DNA of 64,000 nucleotides. Source: Pseudovirgaria hyperparasitica (lineage: Eukaryota). The stretch lies in the NCBI GenBank assembly GCA_010093815.1, contig ML996569.1. The stretch is one strand, 5' to 3'. The notes under the pieces are model-generated. The model was not told where the DNA came from. It saw nothing but the letters and a program-made list of their open reading frames with translations, and made no database searches. How positions within the stretch are numbered: the stretch's first letter is position 1; every line of letters begins with the position of its first letter. Shown here piece after piece: positions 33,621 through 44,690 of this stretch. The position numbers were made by a program, and so were the translations under genes.

Positions 33621-34354
33621 GAGGGTTTCTCAAGCGTCCAGTGTATTTTAGTGTTCTAAACGTTCAAAACAAAGACTTACTGAGTAATCATGTAGTCAAT
33701 AGTTTAGCCGAAGTAATATCCGCTACCCTTCTATCCGCCTCTTCTTCTTCTCTCTCTCTATCCCTCTCTCTCCCTCTCTTCCTCCCTCCCCCTCTCTCTA
33801 TTATACGTGTTTTTTTGACCTTATAGGCTTTAAAACAACACTAATTACACGTGTTTTTGACTGATTTTGACCTTATAGGCTTCAAAACAACACTGATTAC
33901 ACGTGTTTTTTGACTGATTTTGACTGATTTTGACCTCGTAGGCTTCAAAACAACACTGATTACACGTGTTTTTTGACTGATTTTGACTGATTTTGACCTT
34001 ATAGGCTTCAAAACAACACTGATTACACGTGTTTTTGACTGATTTTGACCTTATAGGCTTTAAAATAACACTAATTACACGTGTTTTTGACTGATTTTGA
34101 CCTTATAGGCTTCAAAACAACACTGATTACACGTGTTTTTTGACTGATTTTGACTGATTTTGACCTCGTAGGCTTCAAAACAACACTGATTACACGTGTT
34201 TTTGATTGATTTTGACTGATTTTGACCTCACGGGCGACGGATATACACGTGCTTTAAGTTTGTTCTATATTACTTAGTAAGACGGCTTAGATATATGGTA
34301 TAATAGCCGACTCGTATAGTACATATAATACAGCTGGACGCTTGAGAAACCCTC
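33621..34354. mobile_element. Non-autonomous Mutator-like (MULE/MITE) DNA transposon
   Basis: Perfect 21-bp TIRs GAGGGTTTCTCAAGCGTCCAG (33621-33641) and CTGGACGCTTGAGAAACCCTC (34334-34354), extending imperfectly to ~40 bp. Identical 9-bp flanking direct repeats AGGATTTCC (33612-33620, 34355-34363). No transposase ORF. Confidence 0.92.
33804..34252. repeat. Tandem minisatellite (52/63-bp units) inside the MITE
   Basis: Unit ACACGTG-T5/6-(GACTGATTTT)1-2-GACCTTATAGGCTTCAAAACAACACTGATT, about 8 copies. Confidence 0.97.
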
Positions 34355-34813
34355 AGGATTTCCCCGGACCGCCCCAAATTGTCCGGCTCTCCAGACTCCC
34401 TACCGATCGCTCGTGAGATCATCCTTCAAGTCGTCAAGATGTAATGACTATGAGTGAATTGATGACATTGTGAATTGGTCGGTGCACACTCATTCCGTAA
34501 CAATAGCCTGCACTCCTGGCCAATGCTCCTGATCGCGTCGCAAGAAGCAAGAGCGGGTTGTATCATCTGAGCAACCGCGTCTTGTCTGGTTTATACCGTT
34601 CATGGACTCTTAAATTCGTTCCTAAATATGAAGCATATGCAACAAGCCGCGGCCAGAACATCGATCATTGATATCCCAACCCATTTTATCCCCACTTAGT
34701 AGAGCTATCAAGCTTGAGCTGCCTAGTGGTGTAGATCGGGATGCCCTTTTTCACCGCCGAAGTGCCCCGCCAATCTTGCCCCGCCATCATTGCTTTGCGT
34801 ATTCTCCAGCAAA

Positions 34814-36525
34814 ATGACTTCCGCAAGACCCGGCGCAGGCAGGACGCGAACAAACAGCATCAGCCAAGTAAGTACAATTACTCGGTATATCTCCATGCCT
34901 CCGCCCCTTGCAACATGACCTTACTGACAACGCGTAGAAGGAGTCTGTTCCTAAGGCGGGCCAATGGCCGGTCGATCCTCAAGAAGCTGTTCCCATCGAT
35001 GACGACCGCATATGGATTGACGGGTGCTTCGACTTCGCGCATCATGGTATGAGCATATAGGACTTAACCGCGATGAGACACTTGATCTGACACTGTCTAG
35101 GTCATGCCGGCGCGATGCTACAAGCTCGGCAACTGGGCAAGGAGCTGCTCGTTGGCGTGCACTCCGATGAATCTATCTTAGAGAACAAGGGTCCAACGGT
35201 TATGGACTTAAAAGAACGGTATGGTGAATCCATGCTTCCACTGAACGGACTAACAAGCGTGGCAGTGTTGCTGCCGTGGATGCGTGCCGCTGGGCTACCA
35301 AATCCATTCCTCATGCTCCTTACGTTACCTCGCTACCCTGGATATCACATTATGGTTGCCAGTTTGTTGTGCATGGTGATGATATCACATCTGATAGCAG
35401 CGGGGAAGATTGCTATCGCTTTGTGAAGGCAGCTGGCAGATTCAAGGTCGTCAAGAGAACCCCGGGTATATCGACGACCGACCTCGTTGGCCGTATGTTA
35501 TTATGCACAAAGACACACTTCATTAAGTCATTCCAACGAACCCTTGCTGGTGAGGAGGGTGATGGAAGCGATGAAGAACGAAAAGTCAAGGCAGCAGCTA
35601 TGCTCCAGAGAATCAAAGATTATGCCACCGATGAGTCGGGGCTCAATCCTGGATTGGAAGTATGGGACTGGATTGCATCACGACCAGCCAAGGAACGACG
35701 TGTATCTCGTGTCGATACCTCAACTTCGCAAGACTCCACTTCCCCTACTATGCACAAAACCGAGCGTGTTCGTGAGGAGAAAGGAATCTTCAAGCATCTC
35801 GTGCAGGGCAAGAGGCCCAAGCCTGGACAGCGAGTAGTATACGTCGACGGCGGTTTCGACTTGTTCTCTACCGGTCATACCGAATTCTTAGCCCTCGTTA
35901 TTCGAACGGAGTCTGAGGAAGCTTTAGCGCAAGGATGGACCGCCGATGAACAGAGAGATAAGAGAGTCCAAGAGTCCGGATGTGACTATGCGCCGGTATA
36001 TCTAATTGCTGGCATACACGACGACGAAGTCATAAACTATTGGAAAGGCGTGAACTTTCCAATCATGAACATGTTCGAAAGAGGACTCTGCGTTTTACAA
36101 TGCAAGGTATGTTTCTTCCACTGCTGATAGTGAACAACAACTGACCTATGGTACAGCATGTGGACGCCGTTGTATTCGGAGCTCCTTTCACCCCATCAAA
36201 AGCTTTCCTGAGAAGTTTGCCGTACGGTGTACCGGATACAGTCGCACATGGGCCAACCTCGTTTATGCCGCTGACATTCGATCCTTATAAAACCTCCAAA
36301 GAACTTGGCATCTTCAAAGAGATTGGCTCGCATGAGTTTCAGAATGTCAATGCTGGGCAGATAGTAGAGCGTATCATGAAAGGAAGAGCTCTGTATGAAG
36401 AGAGGCAGCGTAAGAAAGGAGAAAAGGGTTTCGGAGAGGAAGCAATGCGAAGACGTGAGCAGATGGAGGAAGACGCAGCGAGGCAGAGGAAGTTCCGCGA
36501 GATCGAGAGGATGTATAGCGTCTAG
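34814..36525 (+). CDS. ECT1: Ethanolamine-phosphate cytidylyltransferase
   Basis: Two cytidylyltransferase repeats: RIWIDGCFDFAHHGHAGAMLQAR...VGVHSDE...KRTPGISTTDLVGRMLL and YVDGGFDLFSTGH. Four GT-AG introns (~34868-34938, 35047-35100, 35219-35265, 36107-36156). Confidence 0.95.
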
Positions 36526-36858
36526 TATAGCGTTATGAATTTCTGCGATTGATTGCTGCATAACCTTACGCACTGCTGCTCTTTTGGCGGCTGACCCACT
36601 TAAATTCCACTTAAACTTCAAGGGTCCAAGACTCGCGTCATGACGCGCTCGCGAAGGTGGAAACAACTAGTGCTATTTAGGCAAAGTCACAACAGCTGTT
36701 ACTACATCCACCAAGTTCGTCTCTCACCTGGTGAAAAATCGACTGAACATCAATGCTGTGCCGGCCGCATTCCTGCAGCTTCTAAGACCAGTCATCAATA
36801 CTATGTCACTGATCTCCATCTTGTAATTTTTTAGGATCACTCACCACGCGGCTCCAAC

Positions 36859-37716
36859 ATGGCGAGAGGCAACAAATTCAAGAAATCTAAAGCTCCAGAA
36901 GATCCAACAATCGATTTTCCGATCCTCAAGAAATTAGCTAATCCCTCAATACTTCCCGTCGAGTCTACGACCTCTCGCACACACCCTCGCGATCCCTCCT
37001 CCTCAGACGACCACGCCCGCACCCGTCCTCGCACGGCTGCGAAACCATGGGCAGATGGCGACGAGGAGCCCCGCTTCGCAACCCCCAATCAACCTATCCA
37101 ATTTCATTCACAGCAATCCAAACATCCAGAAGCCGTCCAACACAGCGGTCCGCCGAGCTATTCATCTCTCCTTCCCTCCCACCTCGCCACAAATCTCGAA
37201 AAAAGCTTCGACGTACACGCACTGAACATCAGTTCTGGATCCAAGATCAATGCAAAAGTCAAATCGCTTCTGGGCTTGCTCGAGAATGGATTTGACTTTG
37301 GCAAGACGGACCAGAAGCCCGGTGTCGTGGCGCTGACGGCGAAAGCCGGCACGGCGAATAAAATGATTAGCGTGGTGGAGATTGCGAAGAGGGAATTGGA
37401 GAAGGAGAAGCTGAAGTGGTTTCAGTACTCGGCGGTGGGATCAAGGATCGAGGAGTTGAAAGAGAAATTGAAGAAAGAAGAGGGCAAAGGGCAGAAGGGC
37501 AATGGGAGGGCATTTGGTGGTGACACTGCGGATACGGAGGATGTGAATATGGTAGAGGAAATCGAAGAGGAAGCATTTGAGACGATGGTTCTACCGGAGA
37601 GGAAGAAGGTCAGAGCGGTGCCATATTTGACGGTATATATGGCGAGGGTGCCGGTACAACTGCTGAAGGCGGAATACGGAGAGCAGATGTACGATCCGAG
37701 GAAGGATCAGAGATGA
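36859..37716 (+). CDS. Alba-like nucleic-acid-binding domain protein (possible RNase P/MRP Rpp25/Pop6-like)
   Basis: ISSGSKINAKV...VVALTAKAGTANKMISVVEIAKREL...WFQY...KKVRAVPYLTVYMARVP matches the Alba-fold pattern. Confidence 0.75.
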   Translation: MARGNKFKKSKAPEDPTIDFPILKKLANPSILPVESTTSRTHPRDPSSSDDHARTRPRTAAKPWADGDEEPRFATPNQPIQFHSQQSKHPEAVQHSGPPSYSSLLPSHLATNLEKSFDVHALNISSGSKINAKVKSLLGLLENGFDFGKTDQKPGVVALTAKAGTANKMISVVEIAKRELEKEKLKWFQYSAVGSRIEELKEKLKKEEGKGQKGNGRAFGGDTADTEDVNMVEEIEEEAFETMVLPERKKVRAVPYLTVYMARVPVQLLKAEYGEQMYDPRKDQR

Positions 37717-38027
37717 GACGGACTATATAGCATGAGATAGTCTACACTCAATTACTGTGATGCCTTATCAGGCCCTCTAAGAATTTGAGCACTGGCGCTA
37801 ATTACTATATCTATTTCTCGGAGCATAGCCCGGGGCACAATGGTTGCACAAACACGGATGGATCCCTGAGATATTAGGAATGCGACAATGCATAAGTCTA
37901 TCGATCTTACTACGAGTCGTCGTCATACAGTATCTAATGGGATGATCGTTCTGAGAGAAAATATTCTTATTTTGTTTGCCGCTGTATCTGGGCTCAGCCG
38001 GCCCTTTGCCTTTGCGCAACTCTTCCT

Positions 38028-38858
38028 TTACGCAGCAACCCCCCTCTCATCTCTTTCAACCAGCGCCCCGACCCCCAGGCCCCTCCCAACCTTGACCTTC
38101 CTAAGATCCTTCTTCTCCTCCTTTTCCTCATCACCCTTCTTTCCCGCACTGCCCACCTCGTCCCCCTCATCCCCCGCCTCCTTCTCCCCATCCTCGCCAT
38201 CATCCCCGTCCCTCAATCGCAAATCACTCAGCTCCATCCGCATACTATACGCATCCTCACCATCCGCATAGTACTTTGCCTCCACCTTATCCACCGTGAA
38301 GCCCAGGGTATCACGGTACAAGTGCAGTGCGGCAGTATTGGACATGCGCACGTGCAGAGACACATAGTGCGCGGAAAACGTCTCGGCCATGGCCCGCTGG
38401 CTCTGCCGCATCAGCTTCTCCGCCAGTCCTAGACGCCGGTGCGTGCGCATGACGGACAGCGAGGTGATGTGCCCGTGTTGCACGCCGTCGCTCGGCTCCT
38501 CCTCCATTTTGGCGAGCACGTAGCCGACGATCTTGGGCGGGTCGTACGGCGATTTGGGCGGGTGCGAGACCTTGGGACATCATGTTAGTGGGTAGTTCCG
38601 TATACAGGAGCTCTAGACTCAATATTTGTGATTAATGAGAAGTGCCATGTTGGTATCTGGGATACGCTTGATGTTTGACTTGGGGGAGCACGTGAGCGCG
38701 AAGTGAAGCGCACTTACGTCGACGGCGACATAGCTTAATTGCGGCCAGCTCATTGCATGATAGAGGTAGTATTTGCAGAAGTAGTTTTCGGGCAGATTGG
38801 TGATGTTTGCTTGTTGTACGTGCGGGATATCAGATGGTCTCAGCACGCGGATATCCAT
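38028..38858 (-). CDS. ARD1: NatA N-terminal acetyltransferase catalytic subunit
   Basis: [32 protein letters not shown]|...[13 protein letters not shown]...[23 protein letters not shown]...VSLHVRMSN...YYADGEDAY. Intron 38571-38717. Confidence 0.97.
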
Positions 38859-40657
38859 GATGTGAGCTGTGCGAATAAAGTTTTTGCGGTACTTTTGCAG
38901 ATGAACTCCAGTGTTGGGTTCTTGCTCTTTCTGATTTGATAGATCTGACAGGAATTGGTGATAGGATCGCTACAGGTCGATTACGGGAACGGAGTCGAAC
39001 GGGATGTATGATTTGCGCTTGAGATTGAACATGGATCTTGGAATTTCGAGCTTGTCGGGAGAGTTGTGGCTGAAGTGTGGCACTAATCATAAATTCTTCC
39101 TCGGATGTGGCGGTGCACAGCGTCCCAAGACGGCTAGTCTTCTGTTTACGCCTTACATTCTTCGACATTGATGATCTTGCATAAAGTCAATTGTAGCATC
39201 AGTCAATCTCAGGAACTGTAGTCCTAACGTCTTCGCTTCCTCACGCCAATTGACCATGGAGATAGAAAGGTAAAATTGCATAACGACATGCACGTCTAGG
39301 ATAGAGCCGCGGCAATCACAGATTGATAATCGATGACGAGTATTGTTCTCGAACTCACCCGCTATGAAGAGGGACTACATATGAGTATAGGATAGTAAAA
39401 TTTCAATAATTGCTCAAAAGGCTGCCACCACCAACGACTTTAGTCGACGAGTTCCGCTGTCCTGGAGACCGTTCACCCAAGGATAATGTGCGGTCTTAGA
39501 ATCCTTCGTCTGGCTTGTGATGTTCACTACGATATTGAAGCCTAATCTAGAAGGTTAGTAGAGTGTAGAAGAATACTAGAAAGAGAAATGAGGAGCACTA
39601 AAGTGTAGAAATCCAACTACGTGAATATTGGTCTCATACCTTTGAGCTTTGTTCTTGATACCCAGCATCTAGTTATCATAGAGAGTTGTTACGACTTGAG
39701 CTAAGTCTATTGAGCTATTCGTAGTGTTGGACTACGAACGAATGCTACACTTAGTACATGATACTTGTATGCTGATTCGTTTCCAGACTGATGTAGGTGA
39801 TACAAATTTGAATTCAGGTTACAGACCTAGTCGGTCGGTCGCAGCATGCGGAACCCCCTCGTATATCAAGACGTGAAGGCTTGTCCTCTGGATCACCTGA
39901 GGATGTCAAGTTGTTCTCAAGGACTCTTGTCTAGCGCGAGACCGACCAGTGTTCACCCTTTTCCGCGACCTTTGCAAGGGTATCATACTCGACTGGCATG
40001 ATCTACAGCATAGGCTATTTAGTCTATTACATTTCGCCCTTTTAAAATCGAGCAACCATTGTAAGGCTTGTTCAGTAATGTTATCTCATGACGATCTGTA
40101 ACGAGTTGCATAGCTTAGCTGTGACCATGAACTTGGAAAGTATTGGCTAAAAAAGCCGGGAACCACCTATGCTTCAATTTGTTCTAACCTCAGAATCGTC
40201 TCAAGCCCCTTTAGGGCAGTGCTTACAAGGCAGTGCGGGACAATGCACGGATTTGCGCATGCTAGCGATTGTCATCAGGGCTCTACATATCATTCTCGTT
40301 TTTTTGTCGACCGCGCTCTCTCAGGCGCGAGGGCACCGAGCCGACGATAATTGGGGGTCGTTGGAAATTTGGGGAACCTGTTCGACATTCCTTCGCGTAA
40401 CCTCCAGGCAGCCACTTAACGACCAATTGACGTGTACGCTGACGTCCAACATGGGATGAGGATGACGCGTCCAAACTTGGAAAAGAGACCAGCGTTCAAA
40501 TGTATCGTTGAAGCAACCAGTTCGTATTAATGCTACTTAAAAGGACGCGATTTACTGCTCGGTAACTGTTTGGTTACTTTAGTGAACCTCTCCAGTCGCT
40601 TACCTTGTGTCACGGTACACAGCTACGTGAAGCTGTGTAACAGGAGCCTTTTCAATC

Positions 40658-41420
40658 ATGTATCCCTCGGATGTCTGGTCAGTAGTCTCAGATATTTCAT
40701 ACGCCATACTCACAGCTAATAATCATGTCGCAGCCCTATCTATGCGGTAAGCTCACATCCTGGACACACGTGAACTCTGCGGTTGCTCATTAGATATCGT
40801 TCAGTCGTTCTTCAGTAACATGGGATGCGCTTTTGCCATCGTTTTCAGTGTTTTAGGAGCCGCGTACGGTACGGCGAAGTCAGGTGTCGGCATTTGCGCG
40901 TCTGGCGTGCTGCATCCAGATCAGATAGTAAGGAGTAAGAGACAGTCCATTTCTAGATGAAGGCGCTAGAGCTTGCGTCCATGTCGTGTTTCCAGGTTGA
41001 TCGGAATACTAACAGCTCGGCAGACTCTGTTCCAGTCATCATGGCAGGCATTCTCTCGATCTACGGGCTAGTTGTAGCTGTTCTCATCGGTAACGCCCTC
41101 AAGCCTGAGACACATATCTTCACTGGCTTTGCACACCTTGGCGCTGGTATCGCAGTTGGACTATGTGGACTTGGGGCAGGCTTTGCTATCGGTATCACTG
41201 GTGATGCGGGTGTACGAAGTACATGCCAGCAACCAAGGATGTTCGTGGGCATGATGCTCATCCAGATTTTTGCCGAAGTCCTAGGTATGATCAACGAGAG
41301 GTGTGTGACCATATGCTGAAGAACTTGAGAACAGGTCTATACGGCATGATTATCGCGCTGCTGATGGTGGCGAGTACAGCGAATGTAAATTGCAATACAG
41401 CTGCGGATCTGCGATTGTAG
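40658..41420 (+). CDS. V-type H+-ATPase proteolipid subunit c (divergent Vma3-like paralog)
   Basis: Exons 40658-40677, 40734-40746, 40805-40934, 41024-41284 and 41335-41420 give ...[13 protein letters not shown]...[19 protein letters not shown]...[13 protein letters not shown]...IFAEVLGLYG. Proton-carrying Glu retained. Confidence 0.92.
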
Positions 41421-41854
41421 GCCATGCGTCGGATCCAGACTGCGATTGTAAGTCAGACTGCGAGACGATCATGGTCGTACGAGGGCCGAGATGTTCTACG
41501 ATAACGTCGAGAAGACTGATCTGATAGAGAAATAATCTAAGCAGTTATAAACGTGGAGGAGTGTTGAGCCGATCGGTCAGAGGTGGTGGATGGCTGAGCC
41601 GGTCAGTTGTCCGGCACACTATCTAACAAGCTAAATTATGATGCAATCGGAGGGGCACGATCAACCACTGAAGGATCTCGGTCGTTTTCGGTCGAGAGGA
41701 TTGACGTATTCGAATTACCCCGCCAGTAGGCTTGCTGTGGGTGATATTGAGGAATTTATATCAACCTGGTAGCCGGGATCGAATACAAGTCAATGGGTTA
41801 GCTATCTTTAAGACCCTGCAACATTAGAAAGCGCTTTGTCAATAAGGCATTACG

Positions 41855-42812
41855 ATGGCTTCGCAACCCATAGTCGCATTTGACTACGGTATGAGTCTTT
41901 GTATGTTGTGAAGGAGACTTGCGTTGCTGATCTCGACTGATAGATTTCTCTCCATATGGACAGAAGATTCGCAGTGCGCTTGCGGCCTCCAATGTAGCCT
42001 TTTTGCGCGCCGATGTCCCTCCTGTTCTACCGAGACCAACTTTGGAGAAACTGGGCATCACCTATCGTAGAATCCCGGTGCTTGCTATCGGCAAAGACGT
42101 ATATTGTGATTCATCCTTGATCATCGATACGATCCAGAAGACCTTCAAAGCGCTTCCCAGTCACCCAGCTGACAAGGCCTTTGAAACCTTTGGAAGTGCT
42201 GGTCTGTTTGGAAGCGCATTGAACGTCATTCCAACAGCGGCTCTGACGCCCGAATTCCTCAAGGACCGTGAGACCATCTTCCCAGATTTAGCACGTCCAG
42301 ACTACGCCGAACTCAGGCCAAGTGGTCTTGCAGAGATTCGAGAACAATTTCAGATCATCGAATCTCAATTTCTTGCAGCTTCAGGGGGGGCTTTCATTGG
42401 TGGGAACAGAATCTCGCTCGCAGATGTCCACGTCGGGTTCGTCGTAAAATGGCTGTTCGGCAACCTTGAACTCAGCAAAGAGGTAGGATTCGGGGCTGCA
42501 GAGTTTCCGTTGATTCATCAGTGGCTCGACAGTTGGCCAAAGTGGACCTATACGGATATCTCTGCTGAGCAGGCGATTGAGACGATTACCAAGGCTGAGT
42601 ACAGCGCCAAGGACAGTGGAGTGAACGAGAATGACTACATTCAGATTCCCCCTGGGACGAAGGTTACAATCGAGAATTCGGATACGAAGGCTGGTGCGCA
42701 TCTTCAAGTCGGTAGATTGGTTGGACTGAACGACTTGGAGACCGTGATCGAGCTGGAGAATACTGTTAGGGTTCACTTTCCACGTAGAGGTTATTATGTG
42801 AAGAGAGCATAG
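41855..42812 (+). CDS. Glutathione S-transferase-like protein
   Basis: MASQPIVAFDY|DFSPYGQKIR...PPVLPRP.LEKLGITYRRIPVLAIGKDVYCDSSLII...ISLADVH...VRVHFPR. Intron ~41889-41943. Confidence 0.88.
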
Positions 42813-43433
42813 ACATGTGAGATTTGACAGCTCTGAGTATAGTCCAAGCAATATGATGCCAAAAGTCATTGGAAACAACATGTGCTCTGGTGGTGAAGAA
42901 CAGAAAGGAGAAAACATTACGCGCGACGCGTTGATTGTACCCGACTAGGATTTTGCTCTTATCCGCTTTCGGAACCGTCTACATTATTGCTTGTCTAGGA
43001 CGTAAGTAATTCTACTGCTCCAAATATTATAATATATCTCTTCTATTTAAAGTATTACAAAATATATATCTTGCAATATCTATATTATGGCTAGTTTGAA
43101 TGCAGAAATCATAGTTTGACATCTTGAATACTAAGAGTGATGGGTCTTAGGTATTAATGAAGAGATCTAATCCATGGATCTATGAGCTACGTTACCTCAC
43201 CCCGCATCAAGGGGCCATTAGTTAAAATACAACTGGCATGCATGGATGCAGAGCGTTGTCATGTACAGGGTATGACTGCACGCCGAGATAACGGGACGGT
43301 ATGTTGGATGTGCCACGTCCTCAGGCAAATGTAATGACAATGGAACCCACATGTGTACGTCCCCAGTTTCGCCGTATTCTTCGTACTCTTTTCTGCACTC
43401 GTTTGTATCATACAGTTCGTCATATCACGAATC

Positions 43434-44690
43434 ATGACTGGCCAGCCAGTCCCTACTCCTCTTAGAGAGAAGAAACCCATACTATGCATCGATGACATCA
43501 AGAAAGTTGCCGACAAGAAACTCTCAGAGATCGTCAGAGGTCCGTATTACCCTCCTCCATAAGTCAAATACCAATTCACTTGACTCACTTGACTCACCTC
43601 TTCCCAGAGTTTTATAATTCAGGTTCCCGCGAGCAAGTCACTGTCCACGAGAATACTTCTGCATATCGAAAATACCGCCTGCGCCCACGCGTCCTCGTCG
43701 ACGTCTCCCACGCGGATCCTAGCACCATACTTTGGAACCGCTCGATCACCTTTCCATTATGCATCTCACCTGCCGGCCTCCAGGCCATGGCACATCCAGA
43801 TGGTGAGCTGGCCACCACCCGCGCCTGTGCTGCGCGCGGCATCAACATGGCCGTGTCCTCCTTCGCAAACTACAGTGTAGAAGACATCCGCGCCGCCAGC
43901 TCAGACATCGGCCCGATTGACCACGCAATGCAGCTGTACACGCTGCGCGACAGAGATTTGCAGCTGCGCATGATAAAGCGCGCTGAGGCCGCGGGCTGCA
44001 AGGCCATCTTCCTGACCGCAGACAGCGCAGTACTAGGCATGCGGTATCATGAGCACCGATACGACTTCCGCAGTCCTGCAGGGCTGGAGTATCCGAATAT
44101 TGAAATCACGAGCTCGGAGATGCGCCGGACCACGCATGAGGGAGCGGCCACTGGGATGACGTCGGACGCGCATTCGTGGGTGCGGGAGGTGCCGTGGCTG
44201 AGGAGTGTATGTGGAATGGAGGTTTGGATCAAGGGCGTGTTGACAGCAGAGGATGTTGAGCTAGCGGCTGAGTATGGGTGTGATGGAGTGGTAGTAAGCA
44301 ACCATGGAGGCAGGCAGCTCGATGGGGTTGTGGCGACGATCGACGCGTTACCGGAGTGTGTGAAGGCAGCGAGGGGGAGGTTGAGAGTACATGTTGACGG
44401 AGGAATCAGGACTGGGGCGGATGTCTTTAAGGCGTTGGCATTAGGCGCAGAGTGTTGTTGGATTGGAAGACCGGTGATATGGGCACTTGCGGTGAGTTTC
44501 GTGGGAAGTTGTAGGCCTGATTGCTAACATCTTGCAGTATGATGGCGAAGCTGGCGTTAAGAAAATGCTTGACCTGCTGTACGCAGAGTTCAAGGCGTGT
44601 ATGCAATTAACTGGCTGCAATAGTATTGCGGATATTACGACAGCGTCTCTAGGAATCGTTAGAAGTGACGGGCCCATTGCACGCCTGTAG
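43434..44690 (+). CDS. FMN-dependent alpha-hydroxy acid oxidase/dehydrogenase, peroxisomal (PTS1)
   Basis: RLRPRVLVDVS, AMAHPDGE, WIKGVLTAED, active-site VSNHGGRQLD and DGGIRTGADVFKALALGA. Introns ~43540-43607 and ~44493-44538. C-terminus ...GPIARL* (ARL is a PTS1). Confidence 0.94.

Noticed and set aside
33804..34252. Repeat array as a CRISPR
   Set aside because: Units are contiguous with no unique spacers, the genome is eukaryotic, no cas genes are present, and the array lies inside a TIR/TSD element.
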